NCBI RefSeq assembly: GCF_006345805.1
Contig: NC_043004.1
Span: forward strand, 30,442,001 to 30,506,000
Reading direction: 5' to 3'
Length of the DNA stretch: 64,000 bases
Source: Octopus sinensis
Lineage: Eukaryota
How positions within the stretch are numbered: position 1 is the stretch's first letter; every line of letters begins with the position of its first letter. The translations under genes and the position numbers were made by a program. The notes beneath the pieces are model-generated. The model did no database searches, was not told where the DNA came from, and was given only the letters and a program-made list of their open reading frames with translations. Below, piece after piece: positions 38,080 to 50,928 of the stretch.

Positions 38080-38320
38080 GATTTAATCTTTCTCATTTAA
38101 TTCAGCCATATCAAGCCCAAATATTCTATCTGTTTTATGTTCAACCTGGCCAGGTTTGATTTCTCATACCTGCCCTACCACATTGTTCTAAAAAGTAAAG
38201 AATCATGTCATTGAAATCACAAAGCTGTGAGATAATGCATGACCAATTTAAAACAATGTGAATATATAAGCATTACATTTAAGAGAGAGAGCTGAATGCT
38301 AATCTGTTAGTTTTTCTCAT
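38080..38320. mobile_element. Degenerate copy of the piggyBac-type MITE
   Basis: Internal similarity to 48617-48836. Confidence 0.5.
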
Positions 38321-38879
38321 TTTTACCATAGCTAAAATTATCTGCTGAAACATCATGACCATTAGCAGCAGCAGCATCTTCCACACCTTCATGGTCAGGT
38401 GAGAATGTTGGGGGTAGAGCTTGAAATGGCTGGATGCCTTTCCTGACACCAATTCTCACTTGTTTCCAAGCAGTGTTATATTTCCCTCCAATCTACTGAA
38501 CAACAAACAGACCAGTAAACTGCAAACAAAGAACACAGCCCATATGAAGAGCGATGCTTTAGTTAAGAAACAAGAGATCACACGTGAAGACAAGGAGAAA
38601 TACAAACTCAGTCACACAACTACATATTCACACACACATGCGTGCATGCAAAATACACATATAATAAGGCTTCTTCAGTTTCCTTCGACAAATCTCACTC
38701 ACACAGTATTGGAAGACTCATAGGTATAGTTCCACAGTGGTTCCCAGCCTTTTTCTTTTTAGCACCATGGAAAGGTTTCATGCAAAAACAATTTTTCCAA
38801 ACATTGAGAGATCACGTGCAGAACAAAAATGCAACAAAATACATAAAAGGCAATTTAATTATTACGTATATAATACATC

Positions 38880-39065
38880 TTTTATGTTTTACTTGTTTCA
38901 GTCATTAGACTGTGGTCATGCTGGGGCACCATGTTAAAGAATTTTTAGTTGAACAGATCAACCACAGGACTTGCTGAACTGTTAAGTTAGGAGGGGGGGG
39001 GACATAAACACCATCACCAGTTGTCAAGTGGTGGTGGTGGGGGGGGGGGGGGCAACCATAAACTC
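38880..39065 (-). mobile_element. CORE-type SINE 3' part
   Basis: TTTTACTTGTTTCAGTCATTAGACTGTGGTCATGCTGG. Confidence 0.65.
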
Positions 39066-40119
39066 AAAGATAAACAGACACACACATACACACACACACA
39101 CACAAACACATGCATGCATATAAGAATATAAATATATATAAATATATGAAAGAAAAAGGAGAATTTAAAAAATGCAGGCAGATATCAATAAAGCACTTAG
39201 TATAGTCCCTCTCTGTCTCTCTTTTTCTCCTTTTCCTCTCTGTCTCTCTCACCCTCTCATTCTCGCTTTTCTCCCTCAGTCCTTCCTACTCTATCTCTCT
39301 TTCCTCTCCCTCTCTCACTCTCCCCATCGTTCCTCTATCCCTCTGATTTCATTTTCCCTCTCTCATATTCCTTAATCCCTTTCCTCCTCCCTCTTACCTC
39401 TCAATCTCTTTTGCTTTCCTTCCTCACCTCCCTTGTACCTTGTTTCTCTCTCTCTCTCTTCCTCACATTCTGTGATCCCTCCCTCTCATTATTTGGTCCC
39501 TCTGATTTCTTTCCACTCTCTCCTATTCCTTAGTCCCTCTGCCATCTTCAACTCCTCTCTTCCCCTACCAAGTGATCCCTGTCTGATGCATGCATTGTCA
39601 TCCTTTTTTTGACTGACCGCCTTTGAGGTCAGCCGCATCTGTTGTCTCGCCACCCAGTCAGTTTAGATTTTTCCATTTCCATTTTCCTTGCACTGGCTTA
39701 CTACACTGTCTGATAGTTGAAAGACTGTTTTAATTTAGTTGTATAGCCAAAAGGCTTTTGTCCACTTGATATATATATATATATGTATAATTCTATTTCT
39801 TATGTTACATTTGTCTGATAGTCCAAAGACCCTTTCTGTTTGTTATTTCCTTGTATTTGTATATGTACATTCGTTTGCCTTGCTCAGGGGTTTAATGTCT
39901 TCCACTTATGCCCTTGGCCCAACTGGTTTCGTGTAGTATCGGAAAAGACTGGGCGGAACTACATGGAGATTCCAGACTCCAACTGAAGAAACAGTTGGTT
40001 GTGAATAAATGTGTGTATCTTGTTTTGTCCTGTTTGCCGTTGTGCTAGCATCCTTTTCCTGTTTGCTATGTTTTGATGATTTTTGTTTGTGTTTTTTCCC
40101 TTATATATATATATACTTA

Positions 40120-40270
40120 TACGATGGGGTTCTTTCAGTTTCTGTCAACCAAATCCACTCACAAGGCTTTGGTCGGCCTGACACTATAGTAGAAAACATT
40201 TGCCCGAGATGCCACGGAGTGAGATTCAACCTAGAATCATGTGGTTGGGAAGCTAACTTGTTGCCACACA
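40120..40270 (-). mobile_element. CORE-type SINE 5' half
   Basis: TTCTTTCAGTTTCTGTCAACCAAATCCACTCACAAGGCTTTGGTCGG. Confidence 0.75.
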
Positions 40271-40627
40271 TCCATGTCTACATGCATATATGTATAATAA
40301 TAATAATAATAGTGAGAACTATTACTACCCATGTATTTTAATTTAACTTTAAAAAAAAAAAAATGAATGAACTATTAAGTTTAGTTTAATGGCCTACCAA
40401 TGTATACTATGAGTTTCTTTGCCCTAGGAGTCGGGAAGACACCCGGCAAGAAATGGAAGCAAATTTGAAAGAAGAAAAAAATAAAATAATAATAATAATA
40501 TGAGGGAATATTATTCCAAACTTACAGGGAAAAATTCAATTTAGAAATACTAAATCAAATTTTACAAAATATAATATATATATATATAAATTAGAAAAAA
40601 CCCCACTTTTTATCAATTCAATAATGT

Positions 40628-40659
<32 letters not shown>

Positions 40660-41313
40660 ATATAACATTATAATACATATATAATACAAAAACATGCTGC
40701 AGACTGGAATAATCCATAAAACAGAAATAAAATTTTAAAATCTATTCCTTTTGTATAGATTGGTATCAAATCATCCATGCACTGGCACTGGTCCATACGG
40801 TGAGATTGAAAACCTAACCATGTAGTTCTAAAGTGATCTTAATCACACAGCCATACTTGCACCTATACACAGTCATACCTGCTCTGAAATACAGCCATGC
40901 TTGCATTTCTTACACAGCCATACCTACTCTAACCCCATGTGATATTCAAAATTAACTCGTATTCATGGCTGTATGTAAAACCTTGTTCTTATCAATGTTG
41001 TCAATTTAAAACCTATTATGCATTACTTCCTGATTCAAACCTGTACTCAAAACCTTTCATATTAACTTGCTAATGTTTTATATCACTTTGAATAATAATT
41101 AACCCACCACTTGCATCAGATAATTCTATACTGCTGGTAGAGTAAGTAGAGTGTAAAGAAATAGACATGTACAGGAATACATATATATGTATGTATATAT
41201 ATATATATATATAATTAATCAATATAGGGAGGCAAAAAAATTTTGTAGAATTCTTTTGCCCCCAGCGGCCTAGTGGGAAAAAATTAAATAGTCATAAACC
41301 ATTTTTAAGTTCA

Positions 41314-41622
41314 ATATCACAATCAAGGAACGGCCATAATAGGCCATTCACCCACTAGAAATAACAGCCAAAAAGCTTCAACCGCAAAATAACATTAATT
41401 CCGTAAATCAGGAGAAAATTAAAAAACATTTACCCTGAAATTCCTTAGACGATGCACCGTTTCTTCTACAGTAGAAGAAACGGTGCATCGTCTAAAGAAT
41501 TTCAGGGTAAATGTTTTTTAATTTTCTCCTGATTTACGGAATTAATGTTATTTTGCGGTTGAAGCTTTTTGGCTGTTATTTCTAGTGGGTGAATGGCCTA
41601 TTATGGCCGTTCCTTGATTGTG

Positions 41623-41626
<4 letters not shown>
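41314..41626. repeat. 313-bp near-perfect palindrome
   Basis: 156-bp arms, 1-nt centre (41470), single mismatch at 41444/41496. Confidence 0.95.
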
Positions 41627-41718
<92 letters not shown>

Positions 41719-41798
41719 TGTATATATATATATACATGTATGTGTGTGTATATATATATATATATATATAGGTTATATATATATATGTGTATATATAC

Positions 41799-41829
<31 letters not shown>

Positions 41830-41865
41830 TGTATGTATATATATATGTGTGTGTGTATATGTATT

Positions 41866-41896
<31 letters not shown>

Positions 41897-41984
41897 GTAT
41901 CTATATATATATTATGTGTGTGTGTATATATATATATATAAATATATATGTATGTATATATATGTGTGCGTCCGTGTGTGTGTG

Positions 41985-42041
<57 letters not shown>

Positions 42042-42642
42042 AGTAACACCTGCACATCCACACCCATTACTTTCCACGTATATATTAATCGCCCTATTTT
42101 GATTATATGTCTCCCAACAAAATAAGAGAGGAAAATATATAGCTAGAATGAAGAGATATGCCATGGAGATGTGTGATTAAAACTGTGTACATTATAATGA
42201 GACACCACATGAAATGAGATATACCATAATTAAGATATTGATTACGCTGATACAAATATTCAGTTTTAATTTAGTAAAATAAATGTTTGAAATATCTTAT
42301 AAGTTAGAAGCATATTCAATATATTCTGTATCACTTGCCATAGTATTGCTAATGGTGATTCTGGCATTCCACTGATTACAAAATGGGGATAGGGAATTTC
42401 ATGGTAGTAACATTATACATACACATCTTAGACTGGGTTTCATTCTGAAATATATATATACACACACACACACACAAATACATACATATATATATTTATA
42501 TATATAAAATACACATACAAATATATATATATATAATACACATACAGACATGTATATATATATAATACACATACACATATATAATATACATGCATACATA
42601 TATATAATACACACACACACATATGTAATATACATACATATA

Positions 42643-43477
42643 TAGGGTGGGGAATAAACTGTCATCTAAATCATGCAAAAATGAAAATAACACTGACATC
42701 TCATTTTAACAGATATATTTACCAAAATGACAGAAAAATATCATGAAATACTAAAGAGGAAATTTATTTAATAAAATCACCAGATGACTTCAGAATCTAC
42801 TGCAACCCTTCTGGATGGTCTCCTTGTTTAAGTTGGTCAATGCTGCCATAATCCTTGCCTTCAGTTCATCTTTGGTTTTACAAGGAATTTTATTGGTCTC
42901 TTGCTCAACTACACCCCACATAATAATCAGGGGCGGGGGTGCAGTTTGGGGAGATGTTAGGGGTGATGTGGTTGCAGGAATTGTTTGACAGCCATGACTG
43001 GGTTTTCTTGCTTGTGTAGCATGGTGCAGAGTCCTGTTGCCAGACATAGGGTCTTCCAACAACAACCCTCTTGACCCAGGGCAGCTCTATCTCCTCCAGG
43101 CATTTTATGTAGGCCTCCATGTTGAGTGTGAGGCCATTTGGGGAGAATGGAGGCATAATGTCACCATCACTAGTGATCACTCCAAACAGGTTGATGTTGA
43201 CTGGATGTTTGATTTTTATCATTTTTGGTACATATCCTCAGATTGCACTGTCCTCAGATTGATACTCAAACACTCTGAAATGCTTGTATTGGAGCTTCCG
43301 GTATGAATGCCAAGCAGTACAGCATGCCGTTTCTGGTAGTGTGAATTGCATCATGGTGCTGTTTTTCTCACAGACTCTGCCCCTACTATACTGTGTAGTT
43401 GACAAAATCAATAATGAACAATGCACATACACGAAATTAAAAATATAAAATGGCGACAATTTACCCATTGCACCCTG
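42643..43477 (-). mobile_element. maT/DD37D deletion derivative with both ends
   Basis: WQQDSAPCYTSKKTQSW remnant; termini CAGGGTGCAATGGGTAAATTGTC and AGGGTGGGGAATAAACTGTC; TA flanks. Confidence 0.85.
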
Positions 43478-43495
43478 TACGTACACATACATAGA

Positions 43496-43563
<68 letters not shown>

Positions 43564-44629
43564 CACATACATATGTGCATATACACACATACATATATGC
43601 ATATATACACATACATATATACATATGTACACAAATATATATACATATACATACATATATGCATACATAAGTGTGTGTTTTATCTCGAATTTATAAATTA
43701 AATTCGAGATAAAACACACATATTTATGTATGTATATATGTATGTGTATATATGCATATATGTATGTGTATATATGCACATATGTATGTGTATGTATATA
43801 TATTATATATATATATATATATAATATATATATATATACACACATATGCACACATGTGCGTGCACTCACACACACACATGCACACACATATATATTTGGT
43901 TTTAAATACACATCTCTCCATTGTAAGTATATTTTATTCCTCTAAGATATATAATAGGTAAAATCTTTTAGGTGAAATACTTCAGGAATAATAGTGTAGT
44001 ATGATAGCTTGGTATAAATACTGTAGTATACAAACTATTGATAATAGTACAAAATATAACAGTATAGGTATGACAATATTATTATCTAATACTATTGATA
44101 ATATTGTTGCATAATGGTATAATTCAGTTACGTCATCATCGTCATCATCATCATCTCTGTCATTGTCATCACCATCATCTCATCATTTAATGTTCATTTT
44201 CCATGTTGTCATGAGTTGGTTACAAATTGAGGTATATCTATATTAATAAAAGCAAAATTCTGTCTCTCCATCTGAGACCCCTGAATCTCAGTCTACAGTT
44301 GCTTAACATCAACATATTATACCTTTTTGGATTCAGAATAATCCTGAGATTGAAAATCTGCCATTCAATTGGTTCTTGAACATCTGATTTAAAAGCATTT
44401 GGGTTGCTATTTCTAGCAGTTAAAGCTTGGCTGATTCATGCCATCTTGGTTGGCATTTGTCAGCTGACATCAGAGATTAATGGGGGAGATAAATATTTGC
44501 GTCATTCATTTTACTCCAAGATAAGAACTTTGGGACAAGCTGACCAACAGTTGGGATTTAACTGAAACAATTGAATGATTATTTAGTAATTCTCATCCAT
44601 CCTTAACCACTGATCAAACATTACCAGGA

Positions 44630-45300
44630 CACATCAAGCAGAAATCATAAACCCATGTCTCATCACCAATGATAATGGTCTTCATGAAGTCTGGGGCATG
44701 GTTTCTACAGTCCAGCATGTCCTCAGCAATTTCTATGCAGACTTGCTTCTGCTGCTCCACCAGCAACCTGGGGAGGAATTTCACAAATACTCTCTGAATA
44801 TACAAATCCTCCATTAAAATGGACTACAATGATCTTGTGCTCATTCCCACTTTGTGAGCAATTTCTTGGATTGTTACACAATGGTCTTCCATAACTACTC
44901 ACTGCACCTTCTCATTCAACTCCACATTTCGTATTGTGTATGGCTTACCTTACCTAAACGTGCTTTGTTCTCCACTGAAGCAGTTGTACAACTCCTTGTT
45001 CTGAGTTTTGCTCATGGCATCATTGCCTAAGGCCTGACGAATCTTCTGGATGGTTTGAACTTGAGTATCATCACGTTTTTGACAAAATTTGATGCAATAT
45101 CTCTGCTTGGTGTGTTTCGTGAAAATGAAAATCCAATGAGCACATGCCACATGCCTGTGCTCTAAGTGTAACGGCCAGAAACTGACACAGTCTACTGCCA
45201 CGAAAATTTTTAGACATGTTGCAGGAAGGATGATGTCACATCTCACCCTAAGAATTTTGCCCACATGGCGTTAGTTTTGGTGGATGACATACATTTTGAA
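44630..45300 (-). mobile_element. Mariner transposase N-terminal relic
   Basis: QRYCIKFC...TIQKIRQALGNDAMS and KFLPRLL...IIIGDETWVYDF. Confidence 0.8.
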
Positions 45301-45319
45301 GACACATTTTGAATGCACT

Positions 45320-45572
45320 AACATTGTATATTATTGTTTTGATATTGTGTGATAAAATTATATCTCACAATGTATTAACTTTGTATGTTATTGTTATATT
45401 CTGTGAAAGAATAAGATATCACAACTTATTAACATTGTAAATTATTGTTATGATATCATGTGACAAAATATCACAGTGTATCAACATTGTATGATATTGT
45501 TATAATAGTGTGTGATAAAATATCACAATATATTAACTTGGAATAATATTGTTATAATATTCTGTGATAAAA
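45320..45572. repeat. Minisatellite of five 52-57 bp units with an internal inverted repeat
   Basis: TGTGA anchors at 45348, 45402, 45459, 45511 and 45563. Confidence 0.8.
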
Positions 45573-46167
45573 TGAAACACCAGCAGCATATTCTAAAGGA
45601 TGGAGAAATAGTACAGCTGAGAATGAACACTAAATCTCATTAAAATTATGCAACGCATACATCAGATTTGTCAAACATATCGAAGAAGATATCATTCAAG
45701 TCAATATTTTCACAGAAGAAAGAATAGAAATAGTTTGTTCTGTAGGAAAAGTCTGCTTTTATTGCTTCATTTTTTCCATTTTCTTCATGGCATCAATAAC
45801 TATTAAAACATTCTGAACATCAAGTGGAGAACATATTTACTGATTTTCGTACACAAAGGATATATATACTACTGCAAAGAATTGGACAATCAGGAACAAA
45901 AAAATAAAGACAATACAAGATTTGTATTTTATTAGGTCATAAGTTTATTACATGATTCTCAAATCAGAAGAATGAGTTATAGTAGGAAGCCGCCATTAAA
46001 ATCCTTTTTCTTTTCTTCTGTTGCTTAAAGTCAAAAGATGTTCCATAAAATGCAAAGATTAATACATTGCTTCTTGCTGCAGAATTCTGAAAATTATAGA
46101 TCAATGCACGTATCAAAATGTAAGTAGCAGCATGCATCAGTCAATGCAGATGTATGTATGCACCTAC

Positions 46168-46254
46168 CTGTTGCTGCTGCTACTGCTTTTGTATCTGACC
46201 AACCAGCTGTTCAATGCAAGCAATGAACCTGTGTTTAAAGTACCTCTATAATTC
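46168..46254 (-). CDS. Candidate 87-nt symmetric (phase 2-2) exon, xNYRGTLNTGSLLALNSWLVRYKSSSSSNx
   Basis: TTTTATTCTTCCTGAATGGCACAG acceptor, CAG/GTAGGT donor, open frame; no homology recognised. Confidence 0.25.
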
Positions 46255-46767
46255 CTGTGCCATTCAGGAAGAATAAAATCATTTCACTTGATTCTATAGT
46301 TAGTTTGGCAATAAATCAAACTTATTTTGTTAATGCCCCTTTCATCTAAAACAAAAAAAAAAAAAACTGAAACAAAACAAAACAACAAAAAAAACATGGA
46401 ATAATTCTTCTCCCTTGCATGGCTAGCTTGGCACCAAACCAATCCACCTTAGCCAAAGTTCTTTATATAATGCACTATGTTGACCTAATCTGGCAACAAA
46501 ACGTTATCTTTCTAGGTAAGATTGATTCTAAAAACAAAGATAAAAAGCCAAAACAAAGCAATTCTCTTCTAATCCAAAGCAAGAAATTAATTCTACAACT
46601 GTTACAGTTGACATCCTGTGACTTAGAATCTGACTTAGAAGCAAAAATTCAACCATTCCAACCTAACCATGTGTATTTTGTGACAAGCCTTAAAATACTA
46701 ATACAGTAGCAGATATGAGAATGTATTCCTATCTTTTATCTATCAATCACCCATTCCTCCCAAACTT

Positions 46768-46995
46768 TGGATCTGACCTCTAGTTAGTGTAAAATTGCCT
46801 CATAATTGTACCCCAATCAGGCTTCCATACGTTTCTTATATACTTATGATCTGACCTCCAGTCGGTCTTAAATTACCTCATAATTGTATGCACAACTAGA
46901 CTTCTTTACATTCCTCATATACATTAGCTCTGACCTCCAATTAGTGATAAATTCCCTCATAATTGTATCCCCAATTGAGCTTCCATACATTTCTT
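46768..46995. repeat. Three diverged ~78-bp tandem units
   Basis: TCTGACCTC...CTCATAATTGTA anchors at 46771, 46849 and 46928. Confidence 0.8.
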
Positions 46996-47530
46996 CCATC
47001 AGCCATCTTCACAAACTGTAGAGCCAGGATTGTAACACAAATTATAAACAGCTCCATGAATAATACATAATCATAAAAACAACTGGTTCTTTGCTTCAGT
47101 CCATTTAGAATTAAGTAGTGGTGGCAGCAGCAGTGTTGTTTTTGTTGTTGTTGTTGTTGTGGTGGTGGTGGTGGTAATAGTGGTGGTAGGAGATCATTCT
47201 TCTGTATAAAATATCAATGTATGACAGGTAGACAATCACCTACTACAATGTACATATCTTTAACTTCCAGGAGACATGTAGTATACAGAAGTGTTGCACA
47301 TAGGAAGTGTTCATTGAAATTTTGTATACAAAAAGTGTAGTATAACAGGAAGTGTAGTATAACAGGAAGTGTTGTATATAGAAAGTGTTGTATGAAACAA
47401 GTCAAATATTTGATCCTCTTGAACCTTTCACTTCTACAGATGGTGGGGAGCAATAAGGGAGCCTCTTTATGGTGTCTTGAATGCTAGAATAGCAGACAAA
47501 TCTCTTTCATATCACTCTTTACAGGTTCAA

Positions 47531-47933
47531 CCCTTTCGCTTTCAAACTGGCCATATCCGGCCAAACTATTCTACTTGTTTTATGTTCAAACTAACCAGAT
47601 CTGGCCACTTACACCTACTCTACTATGTCAATCTGAAGAATAAGTGTTTACATCATCAAAATCTCAAAGCTACAAGATAATGTTTAATTTATTCAAAACA
47701 AAGTGAATAAATAAGTATTATATTTGATAGATATTTAGGCGACGCTCTTGGCGTTTGTGGCACCTTCCAGAGGGAGTGTTTGTCCAGGATAGGACTACAC
47801 AGCCACAGCAGGAAATGTATTAGGACATGAAATGTAAAAGCCGGACTAGATTATTTTATGCGCAACTCCATTGTCTCCCAAGACAAAAAAGGATGCCAAC
47901 AATATTTGATAGAAAAATCTGAATGCTAAAGGG
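47531..47933. mobile_element. piggyBac-type MITE interrupted by a 170-bp insertion
   Basis: CCCTTT...AAAGGG termini; body matches 48617-48836; insert 47732-47901. Confidence 0.75.
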
Positions 47934-48616
47934 TTGATACAGAAAGCACTTAGAGGTTTAATACAGAAAGCACTTACAGATTTAATATAGAAAGCATCAT
48001 AGAGAACAATGTGGCAGTGTATGATCAAAGAGTTGACCCAGGGCTAAACAACAACAACAACACAATGGACTCATCTCTACAATATACTCACAATATACTC
48101 CTATCATTTTCACAACTACTCACCTTTATATTTCCAATATTCTCACAGCTACAATACACCTCTACCATATACCTCTACAACATAGTCTCTATTTACATTG
48201 TACTTACAATGTAATCACTTCTAAAGTACATTCAGGAACTATGCACCTCTGCAATGTACTCAAAATATATTCAGCTCTATAATACAACCCTACAACATAC
48301 CTCTACAATGAATGTCCTCTCCATTTACATTTTATTCACAATATACTCTCCCTACAATATATTCTGCAATGTTCTCAACTCTGTAACATACTCACAATAT
48401 ACTCAATTCTACAATGTATTCACCTCCATCATGTAGCCAGTCTCCATTACTGTTCTATGGCAATCAACTTCTACTTTATTCCCTAGCTGGCAACTGGAAG
48501 GTGTGGCTGTCCTCTCAACCAATATACTGCTGTGGGTGTTGCTGGATGACAGACTCTGGAGATAATGCTACTCCACTTTTTCCAATCCATGGAATAACCT
48601 CATCAGCTACATTTAA

Positions 48617-48836
48617 CCCTTTAGTGTTTAAACCGGCCATATCTGGCCCAGATATTCTACATGTTTTATATTCAAACTAGCCATATCCAGCCTCTTACAC
48701 CTAACCTACATTGACATTCTAAAAATAGACAATCACATCATTGAAACCTCAAAGCTATAACATAATGCCTGATTAATTCAAAACAATTTGAGTGAATAAG
48801 TATTACATTTAACAGAGTTATCTGAACACTAAAGGG
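48617..48836. mobile_element. piggyBac-type MITE
   Basis: TTAA-CCCTTTAGTGTT...AACACTAAAGGG-TTAA: 12-bp perfect TIR with TTAA target duplication. Confidence 0.85.
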
Positions 48837-50860
48837 TTAAAGCAGAAGGAATTTAACAGGTGATCGCTTCTGTGTTTTATGAAGCTCATGTGTGAGTACA
48901 ACTGACACTTTAAATGTGATTTCAGTGGCCTTAATGAGAAACAAATATGGTCACAGGAACTATCTCAGAAAATTTGAGGTTATTTTCAATGGCTTGATAA
49001 ATGGAGTGAATGGAGTCATGTGGAATAATGTGCCTTGTCTGTCCAGAGACACAGTGAAATACCTGTACTAAGTATGAAAGAAATATAATGGCATTGTGAC
49101 ATATGCCTGTCATTCCATATCATCATCATCATCATCATCATTTTATCGCCAGTGCTGACATGGGTTGGATGGTTTGACAAGGTCCAACAGGTTCAAAGAC
49201 TGTATTATACTCCTGTGCCAACTTTGGCATGGTTTCCATGGTTGGATGCTCTCTCCTAATACCAAGCACTTTATAGTTTTTACACTTTACTGGTTATCTT
49301 TTTTCTTTCATGCTGCCAACATGATGATCTCACAACTCTTGTGAGATTATCATGTCATCTGTAATACTACAAAGCCCAAGAGAGGCAGCTTTATGCTAAG
49401 AAATGAAGGGTAAAAGTATGAGAAAGGAGGAACTGAACAGAACTGGCTTCTTGTTTTAGAGGAGCTACATGGCTGCTCACATTTGAGAAGGTGATTAGGT
49501 GGGGCTGGAAAGAGATAAAAATAGTGCCAGTGAGGTGTTTGGGTAGACCTTGAAAGTGCAAGATGAGTAGAAGTGAGTGGGGACAGAGGAACTGGGAATG
49601 TGGGTGGTTGGAGAGCATAAGAATAAATGGGGTTTCTGAGAGATGGGGAATGAGCGAGGGAAGGAGAGGTAAGAAACAAACTTTAAAGTTTGGGTAGAGT
49701 TGAAGGTGGATGTAGTGAATGGTGGATAAGGGGTTAGGGATGACCAATGACGTATGAGATGGGAGAAATAAGGAAAGTAGAATGATGGTTGGCAGAGCAG
49801 AAAAAAAGGAGGAGAAAGAGCAGAATAGTAACAATTATATGGTAGACAGGAGAAGTAAGAAAGCAAGAAATGACATGTGGTCCAATAGATTGCAGCAATG
49901 TGGGGGAAGGGGAAAGAAAGAGAGATGAATGTAGTGCATGAAGAGAAAGAGAGATATATGATGGTGGAGGTGGAGAGATAATTGCTTATATTTACCATTC
50001 CTATTTTCACTCTAAACCAGATAAGCAGCTAAGATTCTCTTCTTTGAAATCAGTTCTAAACCTTATAATCCCAGAGATCAAACGCTGATCTTCTCACACC
50101 AAAAAATGAATTAATGGGAATGGCCAGGTTTTCTCAAATAAAGCCATGTTTTAAATTCTTCATGGTCAAAGTTTACAGAAAACATCTTCCATGTTCACAG
50201 TATCCACACATTAGAAGTCACTCAAATCATTTTCCTATTGTCCCTACACCAGCACCACAAACACCACCACAGAAACAACAAAAACGATGACGACCAGCAC
50301 TAGTGTTATGACAATGACAATTATGATGGTGATGATCACCACCACCACCACCACTACCAGAAGAAAAAGAATGGCCATGGCAATAATGATAACCACCACC
50401 ACCACCACCACCACCACCATAAAGACAACCATGATGACAATGACAACAACAATGCCAATTACAACGACCACCATGACCATCAGCATTATCACTGCCACCG
50501 GCACCATCACTAAAAGCACAGCCACAACATCCACTACAATACCACCACCACCACCACCATTATGTGCTTTCTTTCCCATTTAACATATGTCATCTCATGG
50601 TGCTTGTCTTTTCTCTGTAAAGAAACAACCAGCCTTGTTCTCATTTCTTAAGAAGAAAGAACAAGACCAAAAAAAAAAGATTCTCTCTGCAACGATATAA
50701 ATGAAGAGAGACTTGCCTTCTTATATTTTTTTTTTGTTTTTTGGTTTATTTTTGTTTCCTTTCCTCGTGCTACTAGCATCTCGAATGAGTTACTCTTAAA
50801 TCTCTCAGAGCAATTTAAGACAAGGATCAATAACTTCTCTCGTTTATTTCTTCACTTCAG

Positions 50861-50928
50861 ACCCTAACGGTTATTGGCATCTCTTTTTTTGGGTTGGTAC
50901 ATGTTGCTGCAAACAGGAAACTGTACTG
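50861..50928 (+). CDS. Candidate 68-nt exon, product unknown
   Basis: Strong acceptor TTCTCTCGTTTATTTCTTCACTTCAG and donor CTG/GTGAGC; two frames open. Confidence 0.3.

Noticed and set aside
39815-39830. CTGATAGTCCAAAGAC resembling CTGATGAGTCCGAAAGGAC
   Set aside because: Needs three separate deletions and has no GAAA or stem III; not supportable as a ribozyme
45320-45572. CRISPR-like array of palindromic repeats
   Set aside because: Sequences between the dyads are homologous rather than unique spacers; eukaryotic context with no cas genes
45634-45816. Two overlapping 52-60 codon plus-strand open frames
   Set aside because: No splice signals or recognisable homology; lengths are within chance expectation
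47280-47400. Tandem ACAGGAAGTG (ETS-like) motifs
   Set aside because: Part of a degenerate 17-bp minisatellite with no promoter context
50861-50896. TLTVIGISFFGL similarity to KCNQ S6 (TLIGVSFFAL)
   Set aside because: The following PAGILGSG motif is absent and no other channel exons were found
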